Shown: positions 19,573 through 28,469 of the stretch, piece by piece | Layout: the number at the start of each line of letters is the position of its first letter | Numbering within the stretch: the stretch's first letter is position 1 | Virus record (IMG/VR): IMGVR_UViG_3300046171_000001 | Coordinates: 1-37,115 of that record | Strand: one strand, 5' to 3' | From: a virus | Lineage: Duplodnaviria; Caudoviricetes | Length of the DNA stretch: 37,115 nucleotides | The notes under the pieces: model-generated | Database searches by the model: none | Seen by the model: the letters and a program-made list of their open reading frames with translations, nothing else | Told to the model about the DNA's origin: nothing | Translations under genes and position numbers: made by a program

Positions 19573-21237
19573 TTATCCCGTCATATCGGCCATACCCATA
19601 TCATCTACCATATCAGACATTGCTGATTGTACATTAGGGTCAGCTAATTTTTTAGTTGCGTCAGCTTGTGTGTTCATAGCTTGTGCTTGTGCTTGTGCTT
19701 GTTGTGCCATTGCCGCTTGTTGTTGTGCTTCTGCTTGTGCGGCTCTCATTTCTTGAACTTGCTCAGTACCTCTCATAACAGTTTTTGGTACACCTAATAA
19801 TTTTGCTCTCATTCTAATTGCGTTATCGTGATCTATGTTATCCATAATAGCAGGATCAACTTGCGCAATATTCATAGCTAATTGATATAATCTTTCAATT
19901 GCAACTGCTTCTTCCATTCTTTGTGATCTAGCTAATGGCCCAACATATTCTACATCAATTGTAGTATCTCTAATTACATCTGGTGCTGTCATTAAAGCAC
20001 CTGCTCTAAACATAATTCCAAATACTCTTTCAATTAATGGATTTAAAAATTCTGATTGGAAACGACCTAATGTTGGCCCTAATAATCTTTGCATCAATTC
20101 ATATCTAACTTGAACTTCTGTTGCTGTCATTTGTGGGCCTTCTTGTAATTGTAATTGGTCTGAATAATATGCTTGTCTAATAGCAGTTCTTAATTGATTT
20201 TCTTTCATGTCAGTTATTTGCCAGTTAGAACCAATTTGTAATGGTTTAACAGCACCGTCATTTCTAATTACAGTTATTCCAGCAGGTGTCATTCTAACTC
20301 TACCAATTACACCGTCATCTTGAACAAGTAATGGTGGATCAATTGCTTTAGCCCATGCTTTTAATCCAATCTCAACTGCTTTGTTTAAAGTTTTAATATC
20401 TGGTAACGCATTATAACTTGGTGATCTTCCAAAAATTTCACCAGTTGCTTTAGACCATCTAGGTACTAAATATGGAAACTCATTATAACCACCTGTTCTA
20501 ACAACCATTTTATCTTCTTCACAAACGTGACAAGAATGGAATGGAAGTTTAGTTGCAGTTTTACCAATTGCTCTTTCGTAATCTGCTGTTGGTTCTACTG
20601 CATGAATAAATGTAAAATTTTTTTCTGGTTTTTCTCTAGCCGCTTTTAAAACTTTTTCACCTAAATTATCTTCACCAAATTCTTGAACAGCTTGTCTAGC
20701 TGTTAATTTATATTTTCTGTAAAGTGTATCAACTGTACCATTTATATTTTCTTGAATGTAATATTCTGCAATGTGTAAACAATTAAAATGAATACCATCT
20801 GTATCAAAACCATTTTTACCTTCTTCAACAAAAATTGCACCAGTACCTATTGAGCAAAGATCAAGATATAACTCATGTACTTCAGTATTAAAATTTGTTT
20901 CGTTAAAAGTGTCGTACATTCTTTTTGCAGTATCTTCTAACCACAAAGCAACTTCTCTATTTTGATTTAATACTTCATCTCTTAATTTAATTGAAAACCA
21001 TGCTAGTGATGGTGATGTAAGTGTTCCTTGTAATGAAGCGGCTAATAAATTGTTAGCAGTTATTGCTGTACTGTCATACAATACTTCAGTTCTTTTTTCA
21101 CCTTTAGTTCTTAAAGTAATAACGTCTGCTTTTCTTGGCATAACATAATCTAAAATTTCTTGCCAATGAGTTTCCCATGTGCCTCTACTTTCTTCCATAG
21201 AGCCAAGACGTTTTTTAATATACTCGTATGAAGCCAT
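19573..21237 (-). CDS. Portal (head-to-tail connector) protein
   Basis: 554 aa; PY.VPRW...GRSP..ALPDIK.LN, MTATEV, RLQ/FQSEFL.PLI motifs. Confidence 0.92.
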   Translation of the reverse strand: MASYEYIKKRLGSMEESRGTWETHWQEILDYVMPRKADVITLRTKGEKRTEVLYDSTAITANNLLAASLQGTLTSPSLAWFSIKLRDEVLNQNREVALWLEDTAKRMYDTFNETNFNTEVHELYLDLCSIGTGAIFVEEGKNGFDTDGIHFNCLHIAEYYIQENINGTVDTLYRKYKLTARQAVQEFGEDNLGEKVLKAAREKPEKNFTFIHAVEPTADYERAIGKTATKLPFHSCHVCEEDKMVVRTGGYNEFPYLVPRWSKATGEIFGRSPSYNALPDIKTLNKAVEIGLKAWAKAIDPPLLVQDDGVIGRVRMTPAGITVIRNDGAVKPLQIGSNWQITDMKENQLRTAIRQAYYSDQLQLQEGPQMTATEVQVRYELMQRLLGPTLGRFQSEFLNPLIERVFGIMFRAGALMTAPDVIRDTTIDVEYVGPLARSQRMEEAVAIERLYQLAMNIAQVDPAIMDNIDHDNAIRMRAKLLGVPKTVMRGTEQVQEMRAAQAEAQQQAAMAQQAQAQAQAMNTQADATKKLADPNVQSAMSDMVDDMGMADMTG

Positions 21238-21238
21238 A

Positions 21239-21451
21239 TTATTTTATTCCGCCACCTAATACTGTTTTTTCTGTATTAGCTTCTTCAGTTACTCCTTGTC
21301 CAGAAGTAAGTATAGTTCCGTACATTCCTTTTTTCTTTGAGCCTAACATTTTTTCTTTTTCTGCCGATAATTTTGCTTCTGCTTCAGCAGTTTTATCAGT
21401 TACTATTGGATCAACTGGTGGTGGCATTTGTGGTGCTGATTTCATTCCCAT
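21239..21451 (-). CDS. Small virion protein upstream of portal
   Basis: Pro-rich N-terminus, TILTS...KTVLGGGIK C-terminus; T7 gp7.3-like position. Confidence 0.65.
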   Translation of the reverse strand: MGMKSAPQMPPPVDPIVTDKTAEAEAKLSAEKEKMLGSKKKGMYGTILTSGQGVTEEANTEKTVLGGGIK

Positions 21452-21455
21452 AATA

Positions 21456-21899
21456 TTATATCCATTTACATTCTTGTTTTAACATACCGTAAATTGCGGC
21501 ATCTACAAATTTATTACCAATTTTCATGGTTTGTCTGCATACACCTTCTTTAACAAATCCAACGCCTTTTAACAAGCGTTCATTTCTTTTGTATTCATTA
21601 CGACACAAAGCGGTTATTCTACTACATTTTAATTGAATAAAACAGTATAAAAATACCATTTTTAAAAATCGTCTTTGACAAACTCTAGGAGTATCTAATG
21701 CTAAATGAATAAAAATATTATGATTATCATAATCAGAAAATAATACTCCTCCCATAATATTATCTTTTCCAGATACATCTCTTTCAACAAAACCTATAAA
21801 AGAAAATTTATTATCTAAATCTGTATTAATATGTGCTTTTGGTGCAACGTAATTAAATATTGGCTTACGCCATTCTTCTTCTGTAACTGCTACAATCAC
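21456..21899 (-). CDS. GNAT-fold acetyltransferase-like protein
   Basis: F.Y.F.QLKC.RI.A....N/Y...RLL..GF.KEG..R motif of RimJ/RimL-like GNATs. Confidence 0.75.
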   Translation of the reverse strand: MIVAVTEEEWRKPIFNYVAPKAHINTDLDNKFSFIGFVERDVSGKDNIMGGVLFSDYDNHNIFIHLALDTPRVCQRRFLKMVFLYCFIQLKCSRITALCRNEYKRNERLLKGVGFVKEGVCRQTMKIGNKFVDAAIYGMLKQECKWI

Positions 21900-22550
21900 T
21901 ATGCTTTTATACCGCCACCTAAAATAGTTTTAGAAACATTTGCTTCTGCTTCATCACCAATTGAAGATGTTAAAATAGTTCTTTGACTACCACCATAACC
22001 TATACCTAATGCTGATCTTTTCTTTTTTTTAGCTTCTTCTTCTGTTTCTGGAACTGTTGTTTGTGGTGGTTGAGGAGTTTGAGTTTGCATTTGATTTCCT
22101 CCACCATCTCCTTTAGCAATTGTTCTTCCCATTGCATCTAATGTTCCTTGACCTCTACCAGTTATATATCTTTTATAATCTGCAAGAGTATTTTGAAAAC
22201 CTAATTTACCTACAACATTTTTTTGAAAATAATCTCTATTTATTTCAAATGTTTTTTGTCTTAAACCTTGAGCCATATTCAAACCTAAATTTAATAAAAA
22301 AAAAGGTGTGTCAGCTTTTGGTACTTGGTAATTATTTAATTGAGATTGACCAGTTGCTAACGCTGTTTTTTGTGCGCTTGATTTAATTTGAGAACTAGTT
22401 GCTACACTTGTTGTTGATGATCCGCTACCTTGTATGTGGATTAGGTGTACTTGTAGTTTTGTATGACGAAGATTTTTTTGATGATGTAGTTTTTGCACCA
22501 GAATAACCAGATGAAAATGGTGAACTTGATGAATATGATTTTCCTGCCAT
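21899..22550 (-). pseudogene. Ser-rich virion-associated protein, apparent +1 frameshift near 22430
   Basis: ATG at 22550 gives MAGKSYSSSSPF...PNPHT and continues GSGSSTTS... in ORF 21899..22498 after removing one base. Confidence 0.7.
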
Positions 22551-22558
22551 GTTATTTT

Positions 22559-23980
22559 TTAATTAAATATGTTAAACTCATAATCAGATTGTATTTGTAA
22601 ACGATCATAAGATTTTGTTCTAGCTTTTCTTAATGACATAATTGCATATCTCATTGCTGAAATAACATCATCATTAGCTGGTACGATCTTACCATCTTTT
22701 CTATGATACATTCGTAATTCTTCTAACAGTTTACCTTGATTTTTAAAAATTTTCAACCTTTGTGTCTTAAACCTAGTATATATCTCTTGAACACCAGCTT
22801 CTACAGAGTTACCACCAGAACCTTCTTTTTGTCCATTTGCAGGTGGATTACTAAAATGTTCTCTAGTCATATTAACACCTTCATCTTTGTATTGTTGTGT
22901 TAAACTTTTACCAGAACCTTTGTCAGCTTGTCTTCCATCCATAGGCCATACTACAGGTATATATCTACCTCGCATTTTAATTGCTGATGCATGAATAGGT
23001 ACTGCTTCTTGCCTCATAGCATAACTATCATAAACATAAGCTGTATCTGTATCTCTATCCCAAGCAACCCATACTGCGGCTGTTGGGTGATCCCATCCAA
23101 AATCTAAACCACAAATTTTGGGCCAATGATCTGGTATTTGTATTTCATCAATTACAACATCTTCTTCTGCTACAGGAAATACTAATCCAGAACCTAATTG
23201 TGGTATTCCACGTTCACGCATTTTTCTTTCATGTGGTGGTAATGCAGATAAAATTTGTTCTCGTACTTCTGGTGTCATATGAGGTGCATCATCCCATCCT
23301 GCTGTAATTAATGCTTGTCCTTTACGTAAATTATTTAAAAATTGAGCAACTGTTTCTGTCATACCGCTTTCTGGTGTAAATGTCATATAAACAATACCAC
23401 CTTTATCGGCTGTACGTGTTAGTGATTGAGTATAAATTGGTGTAGGCGGTTCTTCATCAAGCCAGATCACATCTACGCTTTCTCCCATCCATTTTTCTTT
23501 ACCCATATCATAAGATTTAAAACCTATTCTAGAATTACCTCCAGATTTATGTTTAACAATTACAGAGTTTAATGCATTAGGTACACCTGCTTTTCTAATA
23601 GTATCAACTATATATTTTTTAGGTATAGAACCTGTGCCTTTTGCGGCAGGATCGTCTGGTTGGCCGATAAGTTCTTTTTGGCAAACATCCCTAGTGGTTT
23701 CGTTAGAAACTCCCCCAGCCCAAGCACGTATTGGTCTGTTAAACCGTTTACCTTCCCACCACGTTGGGTAGTGACCCGTCACATGGTATGCCATTTCCAT
23801 AGCCCCACAAAAAGACTTACCGATCCTATTACCAGCCATAAGCAATCGCTGTTGAGCAATTGTATTATGAAATTTTGTTTGGTATTCGTATGGTAAATAA
23901 TCATTCATACGATTAGTAGCTTTTCTATTTTCTAATTCTTTAGCAATCTCTACTGCTCTTGCTAATGCTTCATCATTCAT
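22559..23980 (-). CDS. terL: Terminase large subunit (P22 gp2-like)
   Basis: Walker A GNRIGKS, Walker B IWLDEE, TFTP coupling motif, nuclease GLDFGWDHP and DD..SA.RY. Confidence 0.95.
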   Translation of the reverse strand: MNDEALARAVEIAKELENRKATNRMNDYLPYEYQTKFHNTIAQQRLLMAGNRIGKSFCGAMEMAYHVTGHYPTWWEGKRFNRPIRAWAGGVSNETTRDVCQKELIGQPDDPAAKGTGSIPKKYIVDTIRKAGVPNALNSVIVKHKSGGNSRIGFKSYDMGKEKWMGESVDVIWLDEEPPTPIYTQSLTRTADKGGIVYMTFTPESGMTETVAQFLNNLRKGQALITAGWDDAPHMTPEVREQILSALPPHERKMRERGIPQLGSGLVFPVAEEDVVIDEIQIPDHWPKICGLDFGWDHPTAAVWVAWDRDTDTAYVYDSYAMRQEAVPIHASAIKMRGRYIPVVWPMDGRQADKGSGKSLTQQYKDEGVNMTREHFSNPPANGQKEGSGGNSVEAGVQEIYTRFKTQRLKIFKNQGKLLEELRMYHRKDGKIVPANDDVISAMRYAIMSLRKARTKSYDRLQIQSDYEFNIFN

Positions 23981-24179
23981 TTTTTAATATATATTTTCTA
24001 CGTAATTTTCTGTCGTTGTCTAAAGCCCATATTTCTTTTTCAGTTCGTTCTAGTTTACTATCAAATCCATAGTGTACTTTAGCTGTATTTTTAAACCTAT
24101 CAACAAGAACATACCTATATACATAATTACCTTTTTTAAAATGCAATATTGTTTGTAAATCCTTAATAGGTTTAACCAT
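23973..24179 (-). CDS. Hypothetical protein
   Basis: Probable start ATG 24179 (MVKPIKD...), overlaps terL start. Confidence 0.6.
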   Translation of the reverse strand: MVKPIKDLQTILHFKKGNYVYRYVLVDRFKNTAKVHYGFDSKLERTEKEIWALDNDRKLRRKYILKNE

Positions 24180-24184
24180 AAGCA

Positions 24185-24231
24185 CTAATAGTTTAAATTT
24201 TTTATATATGCAACCTATTAACTTAGGTTAA
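24185..24231 (-). promoter_or_regulatory. Sigma70-like promoter with upstream palindromic box
   Basis: TTGCAT (24208-13) N17 TATTAG (24185-90); TTAAC-N4-GTTAA at 24218-31. Confidence 0.55.
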
Positions 24232-24240
24232 TACTAAATA

Positions 24241-24540
24241 TACCCCATGAGTTTGCGGAGTTATCCATTGATTAATGACACAAATAGCGTTTTGGGGGGT
24301 GGGGGGTCAATCTACGGGCGTTCCTCACCATGTTTATCCCGTGTCTGTGTGTGTGTATGTAGGAGAAAGAGAACAAAGCAGGGGTGATTAATAGCCAGAC
24401 CGCATCGCATGAGCCAACAGCGGGGGAAGGCGTGTGTGTGTGTGGACATCCTTCTTCTAGCCATAATACGCAGGTAATCAGAGTGATAAGCCTTCTACTG
24501 TACTATAGGTGATATGCTTATGTGTGTGTCTGTGTGGGGG
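24241..24540. other. GC-rich non-coding island with three (TG)n tracts; candidate packaging/terminus region
   Basis: 146/300 G+C by hand count; TG tracts at about 24341, 24432 and 24521; G6TG6 at 24294-24306; directly downstream of terS. Confidence 0.55.
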
Positions 24541-24549
24541 ATTAAGAGG

Positions 24550-24978
24550 CTAGTTTAAAGAGCCAGACCCATCATCATTGTCGGTAAGTTTGACTATCTT
24601 CATTGTACCTAGCAGATGGTCTAGTTCAGCTTTAAGTTCCTCGTCTGTCTTCTTACCTGTGACATCCTCTATCTTTGTCGTAGTTTGGTAGCCTGTTCTG
24701 TCTAGTAGGGAATTGATAGCGCCAAGCTGTACTGAAGGAGTAGTCTTGTCGTTTTCTATTAGCTTACGTAACTTATCCACCGCAATGGGTACGGCTGATC
24801 CAAGTAGCTTTTTAGTAGCTGTATCTATTTGATTAGCTAACTTGTTTTTTAGTTCATAACCCTGTTGCTCGGCAGTCTTCTCGGAGTAACCCGCCTTAAT
24901 GCAAGACTGTGTTGCGTTGCCTGTTTGACTAAAGTATTCAATGAACAGTTTTTGTTTGTCTGTAAGGTTTTGTGACAT
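24550..24978 (-). CDS. terS: Terminase small subunit
   Basis: LTDKQKLF...GNATQS.IKAGYS.KTA helix-turn-helix signature. Confidence 0.88.
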   Translation of the reverse strand: MSQNLTDKQKLFIEYFSQTGNATQSCIKAGYSEKTAEQQGYELKNKLANQIDTATKKLLGSAVPIAVDKLRKLIENDKTTPSVQLGAINSLLDRTGYQTTTKIEDVTGKKTDEELKAELDHLLGTMKIVKLTDNDDGSGSLN

Positions 24979-24987
24979 ATTTGCAAC

Positions 24988-25065
24988 ATTATAAACTAAA
25001 GTTTTTTTTTATGCAATAGCTTGACAGTATTTAATTATTTATGCTAATTACTTAACTTATGTTAA
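24988..25065. promoter_or_regulatory. Divergent promoters (terS leftward, early genes rightward) with two palindromic boxes
   Basis: Minus: TTGCAT (25011-16) N17 TATAAT (24988-93). Plus: TTGACA at 25021, weak -10. Boxes at 25021-34 and 25052-65. Confidence 0.65.
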
Positions 25066-25085
25066 TTAAAAAAAGGAGAGAAAAC

Positions 25086-25421
25086 ATGAGTAAAACAATG
25101 CCTAGCGCAGAACACATTATTAAAGTTTTAGCTGATGAGTTAAAGCAGGAAACTGTGACTGTGATTAAAAGCGATAAACCTACTATGACCGTTTATGACG
25201 TTGAGCCTACGCTTGAGGAGGCCCAGAAAGCTGTGGGCGGTTATGTTGAGTTAATTGATCTTTATGAAATTGGTGAAGGTTGTCTGTTAGTTGATGAGGA
25301 TGCTAAGTTGAAAAGAAAACCTATCAATGAACTAGCTACCAAACTTTATAATAAATTGTTTAACGGTGTGATTGCAGGTGATGTTATTCATATCAAGCAA
25401 GAAAATAGGAGGGAATGGTAA
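25086..25421 (+). CDS. DUF3846-like protein
   Basis: PTLEEAQ.AVGGYVE...VDED....PIN..AT...I.GDV motif; AGGAG RBS supports start at 25086. Confidence 0.7.
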   Translation: MSKTMPSAEHIIKVLADELKQETVTVIKSDKPTMTVYDVEPTLEEAQKAVGGYVELIDLYEIGEGCLLVDEDAKLKRKPINELATKLYNKLFNGVIAGDVIHIKQENRREW

Positions 25422-25558
25422 TGGGTTGGTCAGAATACATTAAACAAGCAATTGAGGTAGGGCTGAAAAGCCCTATCCCTTACAAAGTTATTCCATATAA
25501 AAATGGAGTAGGCATTAAAAAAATAGAGTTTATTAATATAACTAAAAAGGAGAAATAA
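25421..25558 (+). CDS. Hypothetical 45-aa protein
   Basis: MGWSEYIKQAIEVG...KKEK*; TAATG coupling; below ORF-track cutoff. Confidence 0.55.
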   Translation: MGWSEYIKQAIEVGLKSPIPYKVIPYKNGVGIKKIEFINITKKEK

Positions 25559-25739
25559 AATGGAACTAGCATTAAAACTATTATTGTTTTTTATTGGTAT
25601 GGGATTATCAATAATAGGCATATCAACCGCATTACACTCTACTCACATGATTTTAGGCGTACTAATTTTCGTTAGTGGATTTGTGATAACATTTTCAAGT
25701 TTTAAACCAACTCATAACTAAAAAGGAGAAATAAAATGG
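25538..25739 (+). repeat. Exact 26-bp direct repeat ATAACTAAAAAGGAGAAATAAAATGG at 25538-63 and 25714-39
   Basis: Seen directly; each copy contains the RBS and ATG of the next gene. Confidence 0.9.
25560..25721 (+). CDS. 53-aa two-helix membrane protein
   Basis: MELALKLLLFFIGMGLSIIG...MILGVLIFVSGFVITF...; strong RBS. Confidence 0.7.
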   Translation: MELALKLLLFFIGMGLSIIGISTALHSTHMILGVLIFVSGFVITFSSFKPTHN

Positions 25740-26362
25740 GATATACTAACTATTGGACACAAAAAACAAACTTTACTGACAACGAATGGAAAAAAGTAAA
25801 AATGGAGGCTGACTATGTTCGTAGTTGGTCAGAAATATCAACTATATCTAAATACGTTGGAGTTGATATTAAAAAAGATAAAATTGAGATCGTGGGTGCT
25901 TGTGAAACTTTCGTTCTTAATAAGTTTGCTAAAGTAAAACCAGACTACGAGGGCCAAGACGTTAGCCTTCATTTTTGTAAAACACGTGAAACTGTCTATG
26001 ATCTTGCAGTTTGGCATTTGCTGACCGCTTGTGCTTATATCAAATCAGATTTTGAGATAAGTCGTGACAATCATAATATTTATGAAAAAACTCAAACAGT
26101 TGAGGTTGAAAGCGATAAGCCTCTAGCTGTAAAGTTTAAATCAAATGATTATTGTGAAAACAATGAATTGCCTTTTGACCAAGTTAAATACTTTCAGATG
26201 TTTGATGAAGATAATGAGGATAAGACTAAAACTACATGGGTAAGGTTTAAACTTAAAAATAAGTTAAAAGGCAGAAAAGCTAATGGCTTTATAACCGCTA
26301 TTGATAACGTCTTAAACATGGAACAAGTTAAAGACAATATTTTAAGGAGGTTGTGGGCATAA
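25736..26362 (+). CDS. Phage hypothetical protein
   Basis: 208 aa, MGYTNYW...FCKT...YD motif, strong RBS. Confidence 0.7.
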   Translation: MGYTNYWTQKTNFTDNEWKKVKMEADYVRSWSEISTISKYVGVDIKKDKIEIVGACETFVLNKFAKVKPDYEGQDVSLHFCKTRETVYDLAVWHLLTACAYIKSDFEISRDNHNIYEKTQTVEVESDKPLAVKFKSNDYCENNELPFDQVKYFQMFDEDNEDKTKTTWVRFKLKNKLKGRKANGFITAIDNVLNMEQVKDNILRRLWA

Positions 26363-26520
26363 TGTCAAATAAGACAGTTCATAGAATGACTATAGCAACA
26401 GGAGTAATAATGTTTCTTGTTGGTATAACATTAGCTGTTTATGTTGAGGCCGTTTTTGGCCTCATCATAAGCGGTGGGGGTTATATAATTTTTAACAATG
26501 CAATAAAGGGAGATAAATAA
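26362..26520 (+). CDS. 52-aa two-helix membrane protein
   Basis: MSNKTVHRMTIATGVIMFLVGITLAVYVEAVFGLIISGGGYIIF...; GGAGG RBS and TAATG coupling on both sides. Confidence 0.65.
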   Translation: MSNKTVHRMTIATGVIMFLVGITLAVYVEAVFGLIISGGGYIIFNNAIKGDK

Positions 26521-26879
26521 TGGCTGAACAAAATAACGCAACGGATTTTATACAATCTAGTAACAAAGCTAGGGCGTATGAAAAAAACAAAAATCGTATT
26601 ATTAATTTGGAGTTAAAAAAAGAAACCATTGATATGCCAATAGAGGTTGAGCATTATGGTTGGTATTCTAATGATTAAGATTTTGGAGAAAAATATAAAC
26701 CTTACAGAGATTGGATAGAAAAAGATCATGGAGTAAAATGGGATGATTATGAATGTGGAATGTTAGATCACGACACTACAATGATGCAAAATTTTTGCGA
26801 TCAAAATAATTATTCTATTGATTGTCATTATGATGACAAAAGTGATGGAATATATTTAATTAAACAACAGGAGAAATAA
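26520..26879 (+). pseudogene. 119-codon acidic hypothetical protein with in-frame TAA at 26676-78
   Basis: MAEQNNATDF...WYSND*DFGEKYKPYRDW...QQEK*; same frame on both sides of the stop; RBS GGGAG. Confidence 0.65.
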
Positions 26880-26880
26880 T

Positions 26881-27102
26881 ATGCAAGAGATGAATAAAAT
26901 AGATACGTTTGTAGGTAAAATTCATACAGAATTTATGAATAAACCTAGAACACCAGAACAAAGTATGGTTGCTGATTTACAATTTTCAGCTAATCTAATG
27001 AAGATGGCCATTTGGAATTTAAAGAGATGGTCAAAGACTACAAATAAACCTAATAAGGCATGGAAGGATATACTTAAAAAAATAATAAAGGAGGAACAAT
27101 AA
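26881..27102 (+). CDS. Hypothetical protein
   Basis: 73 aa, AGGAG RBS. Confidence 0.6.
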   Translation: MQEMNKIDTFVGKIHTEFMNKPRTPEQSMVADLQFSANLMKMAIWNLKRWSKTTNKPNKAWKDILKKIIKEEQ

Positions 27103-27209
27103 TGCAATTTTTAGGAAAAACCCCAAAAGATTGGAAGGCCCTTGAATTATATTACAGACGTGAGTGGTTATGTTTTGTAATTGGTTTTATAATTGGCGTT
27201 TTAATTTAA
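27102..27209 (+). CDS. 35-aa protein with C-terminal membrane anchor
   Basis: MQFLGKTPKDWKALELYYRREWLCFVIGFIIGVLI*; GGAGG RBS. Confidence 0.6.
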   Translation: MQFLGKTPKDWKALELYYRREWLCFVIGFIIGVLI

Positions 27210-27220
27210 TTAACATACAA

Positions 27221-27361
27221 TTAAGGGTGTTCGTACATTTCTTTGTACAACACCTTTAATTTTTTATACTTATCCATTAATTTCAAATATTTTAATTTCC
27301 ATTGATGCTTAATTTTGATTGATTTAGCTTTTTCTTTTTTTGCTCTATCAAGTTTAACCAT
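27221..27361 (-). CDS. Basic hypothetical protein
   Basis: MVKLDRAKKEK...; 3' part of track ORF 27221..27454. Confidence 0.45.
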   Translation of the reverse strand: MVKLDRAKKEKAKSIKIKHQWKLKYLKLMDKYKKLKVLYKEMYEHP

Positions 27362-27377
27362 ATAACCTAATAGTAAA

Positions 27378-27512
27378 TTACGGCCTACGGCCTTGTCTGT
27401 TGTATTTTTTATAAGATCGCTTTTCAGACTTGGACTTCGTTTTTTTATGTACACGTATCCTCTTTTTAGGTTTTGGTCTTGGGTGAAATTCCTTGAAGTT
27501 CTGTTTTGCCAT
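27378..27512 (-). CDS. 44-aa highly basic protein
   Basis: MAKQNFKEFHPRPKPKKRIRVHKKTKSKSEKRSYKKYNRQGRRP*; resembles small basic proteins of marine podoviruses. Confidence 0.6.
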   Translation of the reverse strand: MAKQNFKEFHPRPKPKKRIRVHKKTKSKSEKRSYKKYNRQGRRP

Positions 27513-27879
27513 TTTCAGTTTGGTTCAATACTTTTAAATCAATAATTTGTTTTAAAGTATTAAGTTCCTTTTCTTTTATATTCATTTCATCATTATAAGA
27601 TTTTAAGACATTTTGCAACGCATCAAGCAGAAATTTGATCTGTTGCATACCCATAAACTTTACAGCCATAAATAGTTTGGTTTCTTTAGCTGTCATACGT
27701 ACAGACATTTTTCCATCTTTTACAACACTAAAACCGTGTCTTTGCATTTCGTTATCAAATTTACTTATCCAATCAATACCATCAATATTCATCATGTTAT
27801 CAATCTTGTTAGCATCATATTCATTTAAAACTTCATATAGTTTATTAATCATTTCCTCTCCTTTTTTAATTTCATTCAT
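27466..27879 (-). CDS. Hypothetical protein with coiled-coil C-terminus
   Basis: 137-aa ORF in operon order. Confidence 0.6.
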   Translation of the reverse strand: MNEIKKGEEMINKLYEVLNEYDANKIDNMMNIDGIDWISKFDNEMQRHGFSVVKDGKMSVRMTAKETKLFMAVKFMGMQQIKFLLDALQNVLKSYNDEMNIKEKELNTLKQIIDLKVLNQTENGKTELQGISPKTKT

Positions 27880-28168
27880 ATACAGACTTTACCATTGTTA
27901 ATGTTTGTTGCAACAGTTCTTTTTGAGTTCCCCATTTTTTAGTGAAAGATTTAGGACTATAATGATAAGCGTCTTTACCCTGTCTGTGATGTCTTGGGCA
28001 TAATGGTATAACTTCAAAATTACTAGCTTTGCGCCCGATACCTGTAAGGTTTTTTATGTGGTGTAGTTCAGCAGGGCTATCTGGAAAACCCATTTTGTTG
28101 CAAATCAAACAACCCAGACCAGCAACTTTATTCATGTGGTCTTTTTCTTGTTTAGTTTTTGTACTCAT
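27872..28168 (-). CDS. Ref-like (P1 recombination-enhancement) HNH-type nuclease
   Basis: VA.LGC..C...AELHH...IPLCP.HH motif. Confidence 0.75.
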   Translation of the reverse strand: MSTKTKQEKDHMNKVAGLGCLICNKMGFPDSPAELHHIKNLTGIGRKASNFEVIPLCPRHHRQGKDAYHYSPKSFTKKWGTQKELLQQTLTMVKSVYE

Positions 28169-28469
28169 TGTAATCAAAATCTTTTTTGTAAAAAGTTTTA
28201 CTACCTATTTTTTTGATTTTAAGTATATTTTTATTAGCAATAATCATTTCATCACCTACTTCATTGTGTGAAAATGACATAGTAAAAATATGATTATATT
28301 TTGTTTTTTTAATTAAATACCCTTCAGTAAAACATACCTCACAAGTGTCTTTACTAGCCTCTTTAATGTCTTTCCATTCGCATGATGATGCATGGTCTTC
28401 CCACCAACATTCATATTTATCTAGTTTGTAGTAATATGGGTCTTTTCGTTTAATCTTTTTTGAGGCCAT
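28152..28469 (-). CDS. Hypothetical protein
   Basis: WEDH...W...C.TEGYL motif common in marine phages; overlaps both neighbours. Confidence 0.65.
   Translation of the reverse strand: MASKKIKRKDPYYYKLDKYECWWEDHASSCEWKDIKEASKDTCEVCFTEGYLIKKTKYNHIFTMSFSHNEVGDEMIIANKNILKIKKIGSKTFYKKDFDYNEYKN

Noticed and set aside
24294-24306. Canonical intramolecular G-quadruplex
   Set aside because: Only two adjacent G6 runs; other G runs are too distant to support the call.
24311-24463. 50-codon minus-strand ORF (MARRRMSTHTHAF...) in the GC-rich island
   Set aside because: No RBS, atypical composition driven by CA repeats.
24218-25065. CtrA boxes
   Set aside because: TTAA half-sites are 6 bp apart in a palindrome, not the TTAA-N7-TTAA CtrA spacing.
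26676-26678. Stop-codon reassignment
   Set aside because: TAA terminates most genes here and only one in-frame case was seen.
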